DNA from: Elusimicrobiota bacterium | Lineage (GTDB): Bacteria > CG03 > SLGR01 > JBDRKX01 | Length of the DNA stretch: 22,735 nt | Direction of reading: 5' to 3' | Assembly (NCBI GenBank): GCA_043813605.1 | Contig: JBDRKX010000116.1 | Location: forward strand, 1-22,735 | Shown: one piece after another, positions 1 to 13,100 of the stretch | How the letters are laid out: the number at the start of each line of letters is the position of its first letter | How positions within the stretch are numbered: position 1 is the stretch's first letter | The notes under the pieces: generated by a model | The model's database searches: none | What the model was told of the DNA's origin: nothing | Seen by the model: only the letters and a program-made list of their open reading frames with translations | Made by a program: the position numbers and the translations under genes

Positions 1-1
1 A

Positions 2-1138
2 CTGACTGTTCCTTCGGAGATAGCCGATAAGAACATATACATGACAAGCGAACCTGTGGGAGTAGGCGGTCTGATAACGCCGTGGAATTTCCCGATAGCC
101 ATACCGTTCTGGAACCTTTCGGCGGCGCTGGTTGCCGGAAATACCATGGTTTTCAAACCGTCATCTGAATCACCGCTCATGGGAATAGAGGTAGTGAAAG
201 CCCTCGAGGAAGCGGGGCTTCCGGCAGGAGTAGTTAACCTTGTATTTGGAAGAGGTTCTACTATAGGCCGGCAGATAGTGGAGCATCCCGGAATAGACCT
301 TCTTTCGTTTACAGGCTCGGTGGAGACAGGTCGCGATATAAAACAGAGGAGCGGAAAGCTTGATACCCGTCGCCCGCCGCTTCTGGAGCTTGGAGGCAAT
401 AACTTCAATATCATAATGCCCGATGCCAATATGGACCTGGCGTTAAAGAACCTGCTCTTCGGTAGTTTCTATACAGCAGGCCAGCGCTGTACCCATACGC
501 AGCGTGCGATACTGGTAGAAGGAGTAAGCAATGATTTCATAGAGAAGCTAAAAGAAGGAGCGGAAGCTATGAAAACGGGTAATGGGCTGATGCTCGGGAC
601 AGACGTAGGCCCGTTGATCAATAAGAGAGCTCTTGAAAATGTTGATAAGGCCGTACAAGACCTTATAGCAAAAGGCGCAAGGCTAGTGACCGGCGGTTAC
701 AGATTGACCGGCGGGGATTACGACAAAGGAAACTACTACGCCAATACTATATTTATAGATGAGACTCCTAATCAGTCGCTGGGTAATGAAGAGATATTCG
801 GGCCTGTGCTGATAATCAAGCGCGCAAAGAATCTTGATAAAGCTATTGAAATAGGAAACGCTTCAGGGTACGGATTAAGCGCAGCTATACATACAAACGA
901 CCACCGGACAGCCAGGATAGCTGTAAAGCGTTTCAAAGCAGGCTTGAGATATATAAACTGTTCGACCAGCGGCGCAGAGATAGGCGGCCCGTTCGGCGGC
1001 CAGCCGAATTCTCTCACTAATCTTGGAATGTCCGATTCCGAGGCAGGTCCTTTCGGGATAGACTACTGGACGGACATATCGCCTGTAATAGAGTTCTACG
1101 GAAAAGACCTGGTGCTCGCGCAGGGCGTGAAATTCGGA
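2..1138 (+). other. Domain of giant ORF: NAD-dependent aldehyde dehydrogenase (N-terminal part outside window), ALDH7/piperideine-6-carboxylate (aminoadipate-semialdehyde) dehydrogenase-like
   Basis: Motifs ITPWNFP, FKPSSE, SFTGS, LLELGGNN (catalytic Glu), TAGQRCT (catalytic Cys), EEIFGP and TSGAEIGGPFGG. The C-terminal YGKDLVLAQGVKF resembles the ALDH7 tail (KDLPLAQGIKF). The family is certain; the subfamily is probable. Confidence 0.9.
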
Positions 1139-4100
1139 GCCGAAGTTGTTGAAACAAAAGAGATATTTGAAATAATAGAGAAAGACAAGATAGATATCCC
1201 GAAAAAGATGGTATCAGCATTAAGCCAGAACCTTGAGGTCCTGATACCGTATTTCGGCTCCATAAGCAAAGTGGTAGATAGGATAACAAGAACCGATTAT
1301 GTCAGAAACGAAAAGGAGATCCGGTCAGCTTTTGAAAAGTCAGAATTTACGGCTCTGCTTAAGATAGATGACTTAGGAAAACAGCTGAGAATAACCGAAC
1401 TGGCTGAAATGAGGCCTGAAGAAACACGTGCTGTTGATAAAGCATGGGTACAGGCGGCCCTGACCCGTTACGAAGATACCGGAGAATTCGAGTTTACGGC
1501 ATACAGTCCTCTGTTGGGACTCATCCTGAACAAGAAAAAACTGGAAAGACTGTTGTCTCTGTATCCGAGAAGCGACGGGATCACGGAAAAGATACTTGCC
1601 ATGGACAGCAGGGAATTGCTCCAGAGACTGGTTGATGAAGAGATAAACGAATTCACAGCTGTTTCGGGTCTGGTTGAACAGGGCAAGACTGTTAAAGAAG
1701 CATACCGTGAAATACACGATGAGATCCATTCCGAAGAGATACTCGCCATAGCCGAAGCGCTTGTGCAGTTTGAAAAGAGAGAGTTCACTCTCATGGAACC
1801 GGGAACGACAACTCCGGAGAAGACACCAACAACACCGGAAGACTGGTACAGAAAAGAGTTATTGCCTACCATGTGGTGCGCCGGGTGCGGTGCGGAGGCT
1901 GTATGGAAGAGCCTCGCGGTGGCGTTAAGCGAATCCGGGTATACCAAGGATGAAGTTGTTGTAGTATCCGGTATAGGCTGTTCGGCAAGGATCAATGTAT
2001 ACCTGGATGTAAATACAGTGCATACGGCCCATGGAAGAGCCTTGACGGTGGCTGCGGGTATAAAGGTGGCAAATCCCGAGCTCAAGGTATTGGTTGTAAT
2101 GGGAGACGGGGATGCTGTTGGGATAGGCGGCAACCATTTCCTGCATGCTGCAAGGAAAGGGCTCGATATAACTGCAGTAATTGTAAATAACTCTATATAC
2201 GGGATGACAGGAGGCCAGATGTCTCCTGCGACACCATACGGTTCGGCAACCGCTACCGGTATGACCCAGAAAGAAGCCTTTAAAATAGCGGAGACCGCTG
2301 TTCATTCAGGCGCGCCTTATGTAGCCAGGGTAACGACTCAGGATAAGAAAGGTATTTCAGAACATGTGAAGGCTTCAATGAAGAGGGATGGACTTGGAGT
2401 TATAGAGGTGCTTGCCCAGTGCCCGACGCAGTTCGGAAAGAGGAATGCAAAAATACCTTTCAGTAAGGAAAATACAATTAGTGTTGTTGAGGCTGCAAAA
2501 ATGAGCCTGGAGCAACTTAAAAATAAATATGTAATAGGCTTATTAAAAGATGAACTGCAGGAAAAAGTAGAGGCCGGGCAAAAGAAAAACATAGAACTGA
2601 AAGAAGGTATATATCTTCTTCATGGCAATGAGGCGATAGTACAGGGAGCTATTAAGGCGGGAGTGGGTTTTTACGGCGGATATCCTATAACTCCGTCATC
2701 CGAGGTACTTCAGCGGCTCTCAAATCAGGAAGGCGTAGATTTCCTTCAGACTGAAGACGAGATTGCAGCCATCGGGACAGTATTGGGCGCGTCATGGGCG
2801 GGTAAAAAGGCAATGACCGCAACAAGCGGTCCGGGAATATCGCTTATGGAGGAACTGATTGGACTGGGTGTGTCAGCCGAGGTTCCTTCTGTTTTAGTAA
2901 ATGTAATGCGCGGAGGCCCCTCTACGGGACTTCCTACCAGGCCGTCACAGGGTGATGTAAATCAGGCAGTTTACGGCTCTCACGGAGATGCGCCGAGGAT
3001 CGTTCTTGCACCGGCAACGGGACAGGAGTGCTTTGACGCAACCATAGCGGCATTTAACCTTGCAGAAAAATATTCCACCCCGGTTATACTGCTTTCCGAC
3101 GCGCAGATAGCCCATACAACTACAAATAATGTAAGGATCTATAATCCGAAAGAAATAATAAACAGGAGAAAACCCGAAGTCGCTTCCAGTGAATATATAC
3201 CGTACGGTCAGCGGGATGAAAAAGGCGTACCGGCTTTAGCTGATATGGGTGAGGGTTACCGGTACCACAGGTCGGGGCTGACTACAAACGAGGCCGGGTT
3301 ACCGTTTCCGGGTTCGAATGCGGATGCTATAGAAAAAGCCCAGAGGAACATAATTGAGAAGATAGAGGGCAATGAGAAGGATATAAGGTGGACCAAGAGG
3401 TATAAAACAGAAGATGCCGAAATACTGATCATTACTTACGGTTCTGTTGCATTATCTGCAATGGAGGCTGTTGACCGCGCACGCGCCCAGGGGAAGAAAG
3501 TAGGACTCCTTCAGCTTATTGCGATTTCCCCGTTTCCCGAAGATGAGGTAAGGGAACTTGCCGGCAATGTGGACCGTGTTATCGTTCCTGAACTAAATAA
3601 TGGTCAGGTGGCGCAGATGGTAGAGAGAGTTACCGGCATTGATAAAGTAAAGAGAATACCGTGGCTGCGTGGTGATGTCATACCACCTGCCGAAATAGTT
3701 AAAGGTATATTCGGAGACGAGATCCGTGCGGAGGCAGAATCGGAAGAAGGGCGTCTTAATATCGGCTTCACCGGTGTAGGCGGCGAAGGCATGATACTTT
3801 CAGGCAATATACTTGCTCAGGCGGGAGCGATGAGCGGCAGGAATGTGACTCAGACACGGTTCTACGATCCTGCTCCCAGAGGCGGAGAGAGCAGTTCTAA
3901 AGTAATAGTGAGCAATAGCGATATTGTCTGCCCTGAACCGGACAGTCTTGATATCCTTGTGGCGCTTGACGATAAGGCTCTTATGAAATATCTGCCCCAA
4001 CTGCGTCGCGGTGGTATGCTGCTTATTGATTCAGCGGAAATAAAGAAGAAAAAAGAAAAGTTGGGAAAAGAATGGGAAGGTGTTGACGGACTGCTGGAAA

Positions 4101-7100
4101 AGTACGGTGTGGAGGAAGATTCCATTGAAGTGGTTGAAGTCCCGTTTACAAAGATAACGAAAAAAGAACTGAAGAAAACTCAGGTAACAAATGTTCTTGT
4201 ACTGGGAGTGATTTCGCAACTGACCGGTATGGTGTCACTGACGGATATGAAAGAGGCTGTGAATTCACTTGTGCCTGAAAAGTTCCGTGAACTGAATATA
4301 AAGGCGCTTGATATAGGAAGCGAAGTAGCGGACGGGATAATAAGGGAAAGGGACCGCGCGTTTTATTCTGAAACCAGAGCGGACGCTATATCTGCTCTGG
4401 AGGATATATTGCTTGTAACAGAAGACGCTGAACTGGTTGACGCGTTTGTAAGGCGTACAAGAACCATAAGCGCACTTCACAGGGCCGGGGAGCTCAATGC
4501 CGAAACCACACTGGAGTTCCTTAAAGCCATATTTGAGAAAAACCTCGGTAAAGAAAAAGACGCGTATTTTCATCTGCGTAAAGACCACGTAATACCGGCA
4601 ATAGCTGGTATAGGCACCCGTGAAGCTTTTGATATGCTCGCTGATTATTACCTGGATGTCAGAGTAGCGAAAACCCTCAGGGAACCTGTGATATTAGAAA
4701 CGCTCTCTAATCTTGGAAAACAGTTGGCGAAAACTGAAGATGACCGGATACAGTATAATACTGAAATAACCATCCTTATATTCAGGGCCGCTTTTAAACT
4801 TGCATCGGAACAGCTTATGCCCACAAAAGCCGGCCAGCCGATACCGGAGACAATGGTTGAAATGAGGCACGCGCTGGATGTTTTTGTCAAAGCCGCCCGC
4901 GGTGTTTCCATGACATACGCATGGGATCAAATAAAGACGGCGGCGGCAGATACGGCAGATACGCTGAGGATGAGGATGGAGTTCCTTAAAGGCGCAATCG
5001 AATTGAATGTCCTTCCGTGCGGTGTATGTGTAGGCAAAGGCGCATGTTCGGTAGTAGCTGCTGCAATGAAAAAAGGAGAAGATACTGCATCTTCCTGCAG
5101 TTCACACGGTGGTAATGTCGAATATACAATGGCGCAGGTAGAAGCTATACAGGAGATCCTGGTCCGTCTCAACCGGGCGTTTCTGCTCGGAACAGAGGGT
5201 AATGAAGTTTCGGTGGTTTTTGATCATATAGCAACACAGCTTGAAAAGATGGAATTCAGTGAAAACGAAATAAGTCGAGCTGACCGCAAGATACTTGCCG
5301 GGATAGATGTAAGGCTGACTCATCTCGGGTCGGGTTTGAAGAATTCTAATTTCGAGACCGTTGATACTGAGTCGGGCTGGCCGCTTCTTATGAGAAAAGG
5401 CGAATCACTGCCGTCAGTTACCGGAAAAATACTGTTTAAATCTATAGTAAACAATGCCCGGGCTCTCGAAAATTACGTTGAGCGCACTCCGCTTGTCAGG
5501 TTTAACGATATAAGCGACCGGACCGGGTTGAATGTATATGTGAAAGATGAGGGACAGCAGGTAACAGGAGCATTTAAACCAAGGATACTCGGACAGTTTT
5601 TCAAGAACATGGATAACTGGTTTAAGAGATTATGGTTTGCGTCAAGATACCAGGTAATAACAACCGGTACAACCGGGAATCAGGGGAAGGCTGTTGCGTG
5701 GGCAGTCGATGTGATGAAAACCAGGTTCTGGATGCTTTTCGGCTACATGGCTCAGGTTATCTCTGCATTGAGGCCCGGGTTAACCAGACGTCCACTTACT
5801 GCCAGGTTATTTATTGCGGGTGATACACCCAAGGTTAAAGAAGATAAAATACGTGAATACGGTGCTGAAATATTCAGACAGAAAGGCCAGTATGACCAGG
5901 CTGAGACAGCGGCGTTGCTTGAGAGCGGAAACAGCGGTGTTTACTATATGACTCACAGCGGCCCGTTATCGGTATCAAGCTATGGTTCGCTCGGGCTTGA
6001 GATGGTGCGGGATATTATCGATAGATGGAAATCACAGGGTGTGATATCTGAAGATTTTAATTTTGATAAATACATAGAATTGAAGCTCAAGGCTGAAAAA
6101 GGCAGGATATCCCTGCTTAATGATGCAGAACTGACCAAGATGCAGCGTATGCTTCAGCCTCTATCAAAGACAGCAGTGCTCGTTCCCGTAGGTGCCGGCG
6201 GGGTAGCATCGGGCGTTTTTATGGCGCTGAAACAGCTTAATCCTGAAGTAACGGTTATCGGTGTAGCGTCAGACCGGACGGCGGCTATGTATGAATCGCT
6301 TTACTCTGATAGAGTTGAAAGGGTCAAGACCGGCAGAGATATATTAGAAGACGGGATAAATGTTCAGAGTGTTGAAAGATTTGCACTTCAGATATTTAAT
6401 GACCTTGCGGATGGTATGGTCATTGTGCCCAGTTCAAGGATTGAAGAAGGTATACGAGCCCATTACCGTGAAGCAGGCATAAAATCAGAGGGCGCGTCAG
6501 TACTTCCTTATCTTGCACTGGAGGAATATCCTGAACTGCTTGAAAATATGAAGTCACGCGGTATAAAAGACGTAATGCTCCTGAGTACGGGAAGCAATAT
6601 AGACAACGAAGTATGGCAGAACATAGTGAACGGTGATTTCGGCAAGAATCTCGAGATCGGCGTAGTAACGGAGATCAAGTCGGGCGAGAACCGTGTCGGA
6701 CTTACGCCGCGCGGAGTTGCCGCCATGGTGGAAAAAGGCATAAGAGTGATCGTGCAGAAAGGTGCCGGTGAGGGCTGCCGCTATACGGATGAGGAATATA
6801 TAGAAGCGGGTGCGACGATACTCGATTCTGCTGAAGAAATCTGGAACCGTGCGGGAGTGGTAATAAAGGTAAAAGAGACGCTTCCCGAAGAGCGCAAATA
6901 CCTCAGGGAAGGACTCATACTCTATAACTACAACCATCTTTCAGGCGATAAACAGCTGACGCTGGACCTGCTCAATAGCGGGGCCGATGTGATACCATTC
7001 GAGACGATAATAGTTGACGGAGTGACAAAACAGCTTGTGCCGATGAGCCTGGTAGCCGGCCGGCGTTCAGCATGGTATATAGGAGAGGAGCTGAACGGAC

Positions 7101-10100
7101 TCAGTAAAGATCGGCGCCAGGAGATCCGCCGGCATATATGGGCGTTTAATGAATTTGACGAGTATTTTGAAATACCTGAAGATATGCGCATAGACAAGAA
7201 GAATGTTGTGGTGCTTGGGGCTGGTGCGGCAGGAATGCAGGCAGCAGAAATCTCCCTGGCAATGGGCGCGAATGTAATTATGACTGATATCAATGCAGGG
7301 CGGCGGGCTGAACTAAAGGGATATTTCGAAGGTAAAGGTTATAATGGCCGGATTAATGTGATAGATGATCCCCGCTATAAACTCAAGGAAGTACTCAGCC
7401 GGGAACAGATAAGAAGAGTTCTTACAGATAAGGATTATGTGCCTGAACTGGAGGGTATGACAGGGTCGGAAATTGCAAATGTGAGAAAAGTTATTGAAGC
7501 AATTGAAAATTCGCAAGCTGTAATAGATACTATTTACATACATGGTGCGCGTGCACCGACAGTAATGGATCGCAACCTCCTCGCGTCTATAACGAGCGGC
7601 AAGGTTATATCTGATATATCCATAGATCAGGGAGGGGGAGTTGAATTTGTCAATTCTGCAGGCGAGTCTGTAGAAAAGATGACATCGCATGATGAACCCA
7701 CCGTAACAGACTATTTTGGGCATATACATTACAGGATACCGAACATCCCCGGTTCTACACCGCGTGTAGCGTCGAAGATGCTTGAAGATACGACGGTATT
7801 ACTTGAAGGGAAACCGTACCTCGAGGTAATAGCTAAACAGGGTTACATTGATGCTGTAAGAGAATATCCCGAACTTGCAAGAGGAATAACGCAGGGAAGA
7901 CTTACGGATCCTGTTGTAGCGAAAGACCTTTCACTTGAATTTAATATGCTGGCAGGGAAAGCCGTTGCGCTGAGCCGCAACATAATGACGTACTTCCAGA
8001 TGCTTATCCAGATGTTCATGCAGACCGATCCTCAGTCAAAACTGTTTGCTGCACTTTCCAAGGCAACAACTAATCCGCTTCTTTTGGTATTGAAGGGTGC
8101 CGAGGGAGCTGAGGTGATGGCCGATAAGGAAATAGACGAAAAAGGCTATCGGAAGTTCGTAAAACTTCTTGAAGAATTGAGCGGGATAAAAGTAATAGTT
8201 AGCGCCCAGAAACCGAACCTTGTATTCTTTAATAAGGATATATATGCTTTCGCGACGGTGGGGAAGAATGAAAAAGACGACCTGGAACTGATCGTACACG
8301 AAGCTTTCTTTGAAGCACTGAATAACCATGAATTGCCAGAAAACTATGACCTGCGTTCATTCCTTGAATTGCTTGTCGAGCATGAATTAGGTGAATATGA
8401 TGCAATGGAAAACAAGAACAAAGCCTACAATAAATTCATATTTGCCAATAACTGGCCGGCAACTCCCGATACATATCACGCGTTTCTTGAAGAGAACGAG
8501 CCGGACAAGGTAAGTGTTCTCATGGAATTCATGCAAGCAGTTGAAGAAGATGTAGAGGCAATTGTTTCTGTGCCGGAAGATGTTGATCCCGATAAGATTA
8601 AAGAAGGCATATTACAACAACTTGAAGTTGTTACAGCGCAAGATCCTCAGCGCAATATACCCGGTACTCATGTTTTTATTGCTATTAAAGAAAATATTGA
8701 AAAAACAGGGGTACTACCGTCACCGGAAGATGTAATGAACATCATTAGAGATGTTGAAAAACAGCTTAAGATGGAGTTCAAGCCTGTGCATATAATATCA
8801 ATGTTCCAGATGGGTCTGCTGGAGCAGGTCTCCCTGCCGGATATTTTCTGGGATACAAAGGAGAACCGGCTTGCAGCAATGCAGTTTATAATGCGGGCGG
8901 TACAGGTACAAACGATCAAGCAGATCAAGAAAGAGTCTGTTGAAGAACTGCTGCAAAAAACAGGTTTCGGAGATGTTTTGAAGAAACACAGTGTTGAGCA
9001 GATTATAGAAGAGGTTAATTTCTTTGAAAACCTTGAGGGAGTCATAAAACCGGGAATCGATATGATATCTGATGAAAAAGGCGGGATAAGACCCGAGTTT
9101 AAGGAAATATACGATGCAATATTCACGGCTAACGGATTGACAGCCGAAGATATCGCTTCAGTCGGTTCCTGCGCAATATCTTTCAGGATAATAGTAGAGC
9201 TTGCAAAAGAAAACCTGGTAAATGCAGAGAACCTGATAAAGTCCGGTGTATTCTTTAAAGCCTGGGAAAAAGATGAGCTTGTAGGCCTGTTGGGAGTTGT
9301 CGCCGGTTTTCTTCGCGAGGCAGTGATAGATGAAGAAGGAAATATACTGATGGACGACGAATGGAAATCAATATTCAAACAGTTCGCTGATGAAGACGGA
9401 AATATTAGTCTTATGAAACTGCTTGAAAAGGAACTCCATTTGGCAGTAGTGATAGGTCTTCTCAAGGCTGATGACCGGACTTTTGCGTTCAGAGTAACTC
9501 ATAGTGTGAATTTATCGGCGTTGGACAGTGATAAAGACAATAATGAAAGGTTTGGGCAGGTAATGCCTATGCTGATGCAGATAAATCAAAAGGATCCTGC
9601 TGTCGCGCTTTATCTTGTCGATAACCTTAATAAGTTCCTTACCGATGATGTGTATTACGAAAACCTGATGCTGATATTTGATGATACATCAGTCCCGTTC
9701 TTCAGAGCGCTCTTTAACATGAAGGGTAAGATCAATGAAGTGTTCAGGGCAGATATCGCTGATTACCTTGAAGGAGAATTACTTAATACGGAAAAAGTTT
9801 TCGGAGAACCCGGAAGCGCCGCCATGTTTATGGGGCGCGTGCTCGTCAGTTTCCATGCCGCCGGGTTCCCGCTGGAACTTGATAAAGAAGGATTTTTCGA
9901 AAAATACCGCGAAGAGATCATCGAATCTCCGCAGGCAATGTTGAAAAAACTCTACCTTCTCGGGGAGATAGCCAAACACAGTCAGCCGCTCGCCCGGTAT
10001 ATGATGGAACACTATTTTGACGAAATAGAGAATATGCTGCAGGAAACGAATATGCTCATACCTCTTTCCATATTCCTGCACCAAGTCGCGAAAGATCTTT

Positions 10101-13100
10101 TTGTAATAAAAAAGAAATACAAAAAGATATTCAAACCTTTCCTCAGTAAAGAAAATAAGGATCAGATAGATATTGACCGCATAATAGCGAATGAAGCCGC
10201 TATAAACGCTTTCATAACCATGGTAAATGTGAGTCAAATGGATATACAGCTTGCAGAATTTTTCGCTGACAAGGATGTATATTCAAAAATAATAGAAAAC
10301 AAAGAATATGGTGAAAAATTCAGGACGATATTCCCGATCCTTGCCGATCTGCTGGAATATAACGGACAGCCTGCAAAATTCACCGGCATAATGAAGGGTT
10401 TTACGGATAAGAAGACCGGCGTTATAAATATAGATTCCATATTGGAAGAGCCTGTTAATATGTTCACCTTTAAGACTCTTTATGAAATAGCGAGCAGGAA
10501 TGTAGCGGCAGCTGAATATATAGTGAGAAAGAATATTCTGGAAGAAGCTAAGAAGGACCAGCAGGCTATGCAGCTGTTCAGCGGCATGTCACTTGAGATC
10601 GCTGAAGTGCTGGATGAGATGGCCCGTGTGAAGACAGAATACAGGGAAATTCTGGATGACTTTGTTGACAAACCCACATATGAACTTGACATAGATTCGA
10701 TGCTGAAAAATCCGCCTAAAGCGGTTCTATTTATGACACTGGTCAAACTCTTTAATATTAACAGTAAAGAAGCGATGAGGTTGAAAAAGGAGAAAACCGA
10801 GGACTTGTTAAAAGATCAAAAAGCTCTTGTTACACTTTCGACCCTGACCGATTTTTATAAACTGGAGACACCGTCTCCCGAGATACTGGATAATATGCTG
10901 CAGAAGATGAATGTATTTGCGGCAATGATAATGTATAACTTTGAAAGGTTATCCCGGATTCTGCCGCAATATTGCCAGGAGATCAGGCAGGATGTGGTGA
11001 TGTATGTCTCACAACAGGGTCTGCCTGCAGTAGATACGATAAATGCCTTTATGGATGTCATGTTTGAAGTTGCCAATAAAGGCATTTTTGATGCTGCCGG
11101 AGTGGTACATAAGGATTACAGGAGCCTGCTGTCAGATTATATAGATGAAAGTACCGCTATGATCCATGTGGGCAAGATAATAAACAGCAATATGGACATG
11201 CTCAAATTCGAGACCTATCTGAAACTGGCTTCAGTCAACAGGACACTGGCTATCCAGTTCGCGAAATCCGGCGTAATGGACAGGTTTATTACTCCGGAAA
11301 TGATAGAAGTCGACTATATAAAGGAAAGGTATAGAAAATCGCTCCAGGACGGTCTTATGAACCTGGCAAAAGCCAGTCCGACACTCTTTCTTGTCGTATT
11401 GAACAGGGGATACATGAAAGACATAATTGGGGACCTTAACCGGATAGAAAATCTGAATGTAATCTCCGGCTGGCTTGCGTATCTGGACGGGTTTCTTGAC
11501 AAAGACGGAAAAGTCAATCCCGAGTATCAGTATATATTCGAAGGATACACTGATCCTGACGGGTTCCTCCGTCTCGGTGATCTTTTAAGGAGCCAGGCCA
11601 AGATGTACTCCATGATAGGCCTTCTCAGGCTGATGGAATTTCAGAGCGAAAGAGGTCCGGGTAATTTTGAAATGGCAGAAGCTCTCGTCAATGACGACTT
11701 CTTCAAAGAATACATACTGAAAGAAGAGAATGCCGCACTCGGATTCCTTATATTTGCCGGAACGGAAAAGTTGGGAATGATCCTGAATAAAGACTGGACT
11801 GTAAGGAAACAGTACCGCGGCGCACTTGAGAAGTACATTGTTCAAGACGGCAGCGGAAAACTGGATTTTGCCGAGGTCTTCATAAAACTTAACGATGCAT
11901 GGACAGCCCAGGCTCTTATGGATCTGGTTTCATTCAATCCGGGTCTTGCAGAAAAGGTATCGGTAGACGGTATAATGGAAAAACTCGCAAAAAGTGAAAA
12001 GACAGCATACAAGTTCAAAGAAACTCTCCCGAATGCATTGAGGTTCCTCATGACGGAAGATTATGAATTCAGGCAGTTCTCGGAGAACTTCGGCCCGTAT
12101 GTAGACGGTAAAGGCAAACTTGACCTGTTCGAAATAATGAAAACAAGGAAGAACCAGGCGGCCTTCGGTATATATTTTATATGGTCACTGATAAACAATG
12201 ATTTTCTCTCCTACCTGAAATCAACCGGATGGTACGACAAGATCCTTACTGATGAATCTCTGGCTAAATCATTCGATAACCTGTGGGGACTTAAAAACAG
12301 GGTCGACGCTAACGGTGTAGTAGATGCTGAATGGCACGGTATACTCAAGGACTACATCGATGCGGACGGAAAACTCAATGTATATAAACTTACGAACAGT
12401 TGGAAAGACATATATTACCTGCAGGGGCTTTTTATGCTGGCGGAAGCCGATATGGAGCTTGCCAAGCAGGTAGATGAAGAAGGTATGCTGAAGAACATCT
12501 GTACCGGTATGGTACTTGACGATAAAAAGAAACAAGATTCACAGTATACCGCCGAGATATTCAAGGACAAAGGTAATAATTTCGTCATGTTCACTTTTGT
12601 AATAAAGAGAATATACGAGAAGAATCCCGCTATTGCCGAGATGATCCTTTCCAACAGGATGCTTATAGAGAACCTGCTCTCTAATAAAGAGATGCTGTTC
12701 GGTCTTTTTATGCAGCATAAGACCTTCGATAAACTGCTCGATGAAAAAGGCCTGATAAAAGAAGAATTCAGGGAAATAATGGCAGGGTTCTGCTCTGAGC
12801 AAGGTAACCTCTTTATAGCTCAAAGCCAGCCTTCTGCGCTTGTCTTTGAATCACTCGCGACTGCTGCTATAACCAATAAGGCGTTTGCGAAAAAGCTGGC
12901 ATCAAACAGCTATATTCCAACGATCAGCAATGATCCTCAACTTTCGGTAAGACTGCAGAAGGGATTGCAGCTGATGCTCGAGACAAGCGATAAAAAAGGA
13001 AATGTCGATGAGAAATATGCCGGACTATTGAAAGATTTTATGCGTAACAGGATACACGATGTCAAAAAGATAATAAACACAGGTGTTAAGCTGAAAGCTT

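Noticed and set aside
1799..1840. Short near-repeat acgacaactccggag / ccaacaacaccggaa
   Set aside because: It simply encodes a Pro/Thr-rich linker (TTTPEKTPTTPE) and is not a regulatory or CRISPR-type repeat.
11840..11878. EF-hand-like loop VQDGSGKLDFAEV and other DxDG motifs in the repeat array
   Set aside because: Position 1 is not Asp and the other copies lack canonical 12-residue spacing. They are better explained as the repeat's hairpin turn, and calcium binding is unsupported.
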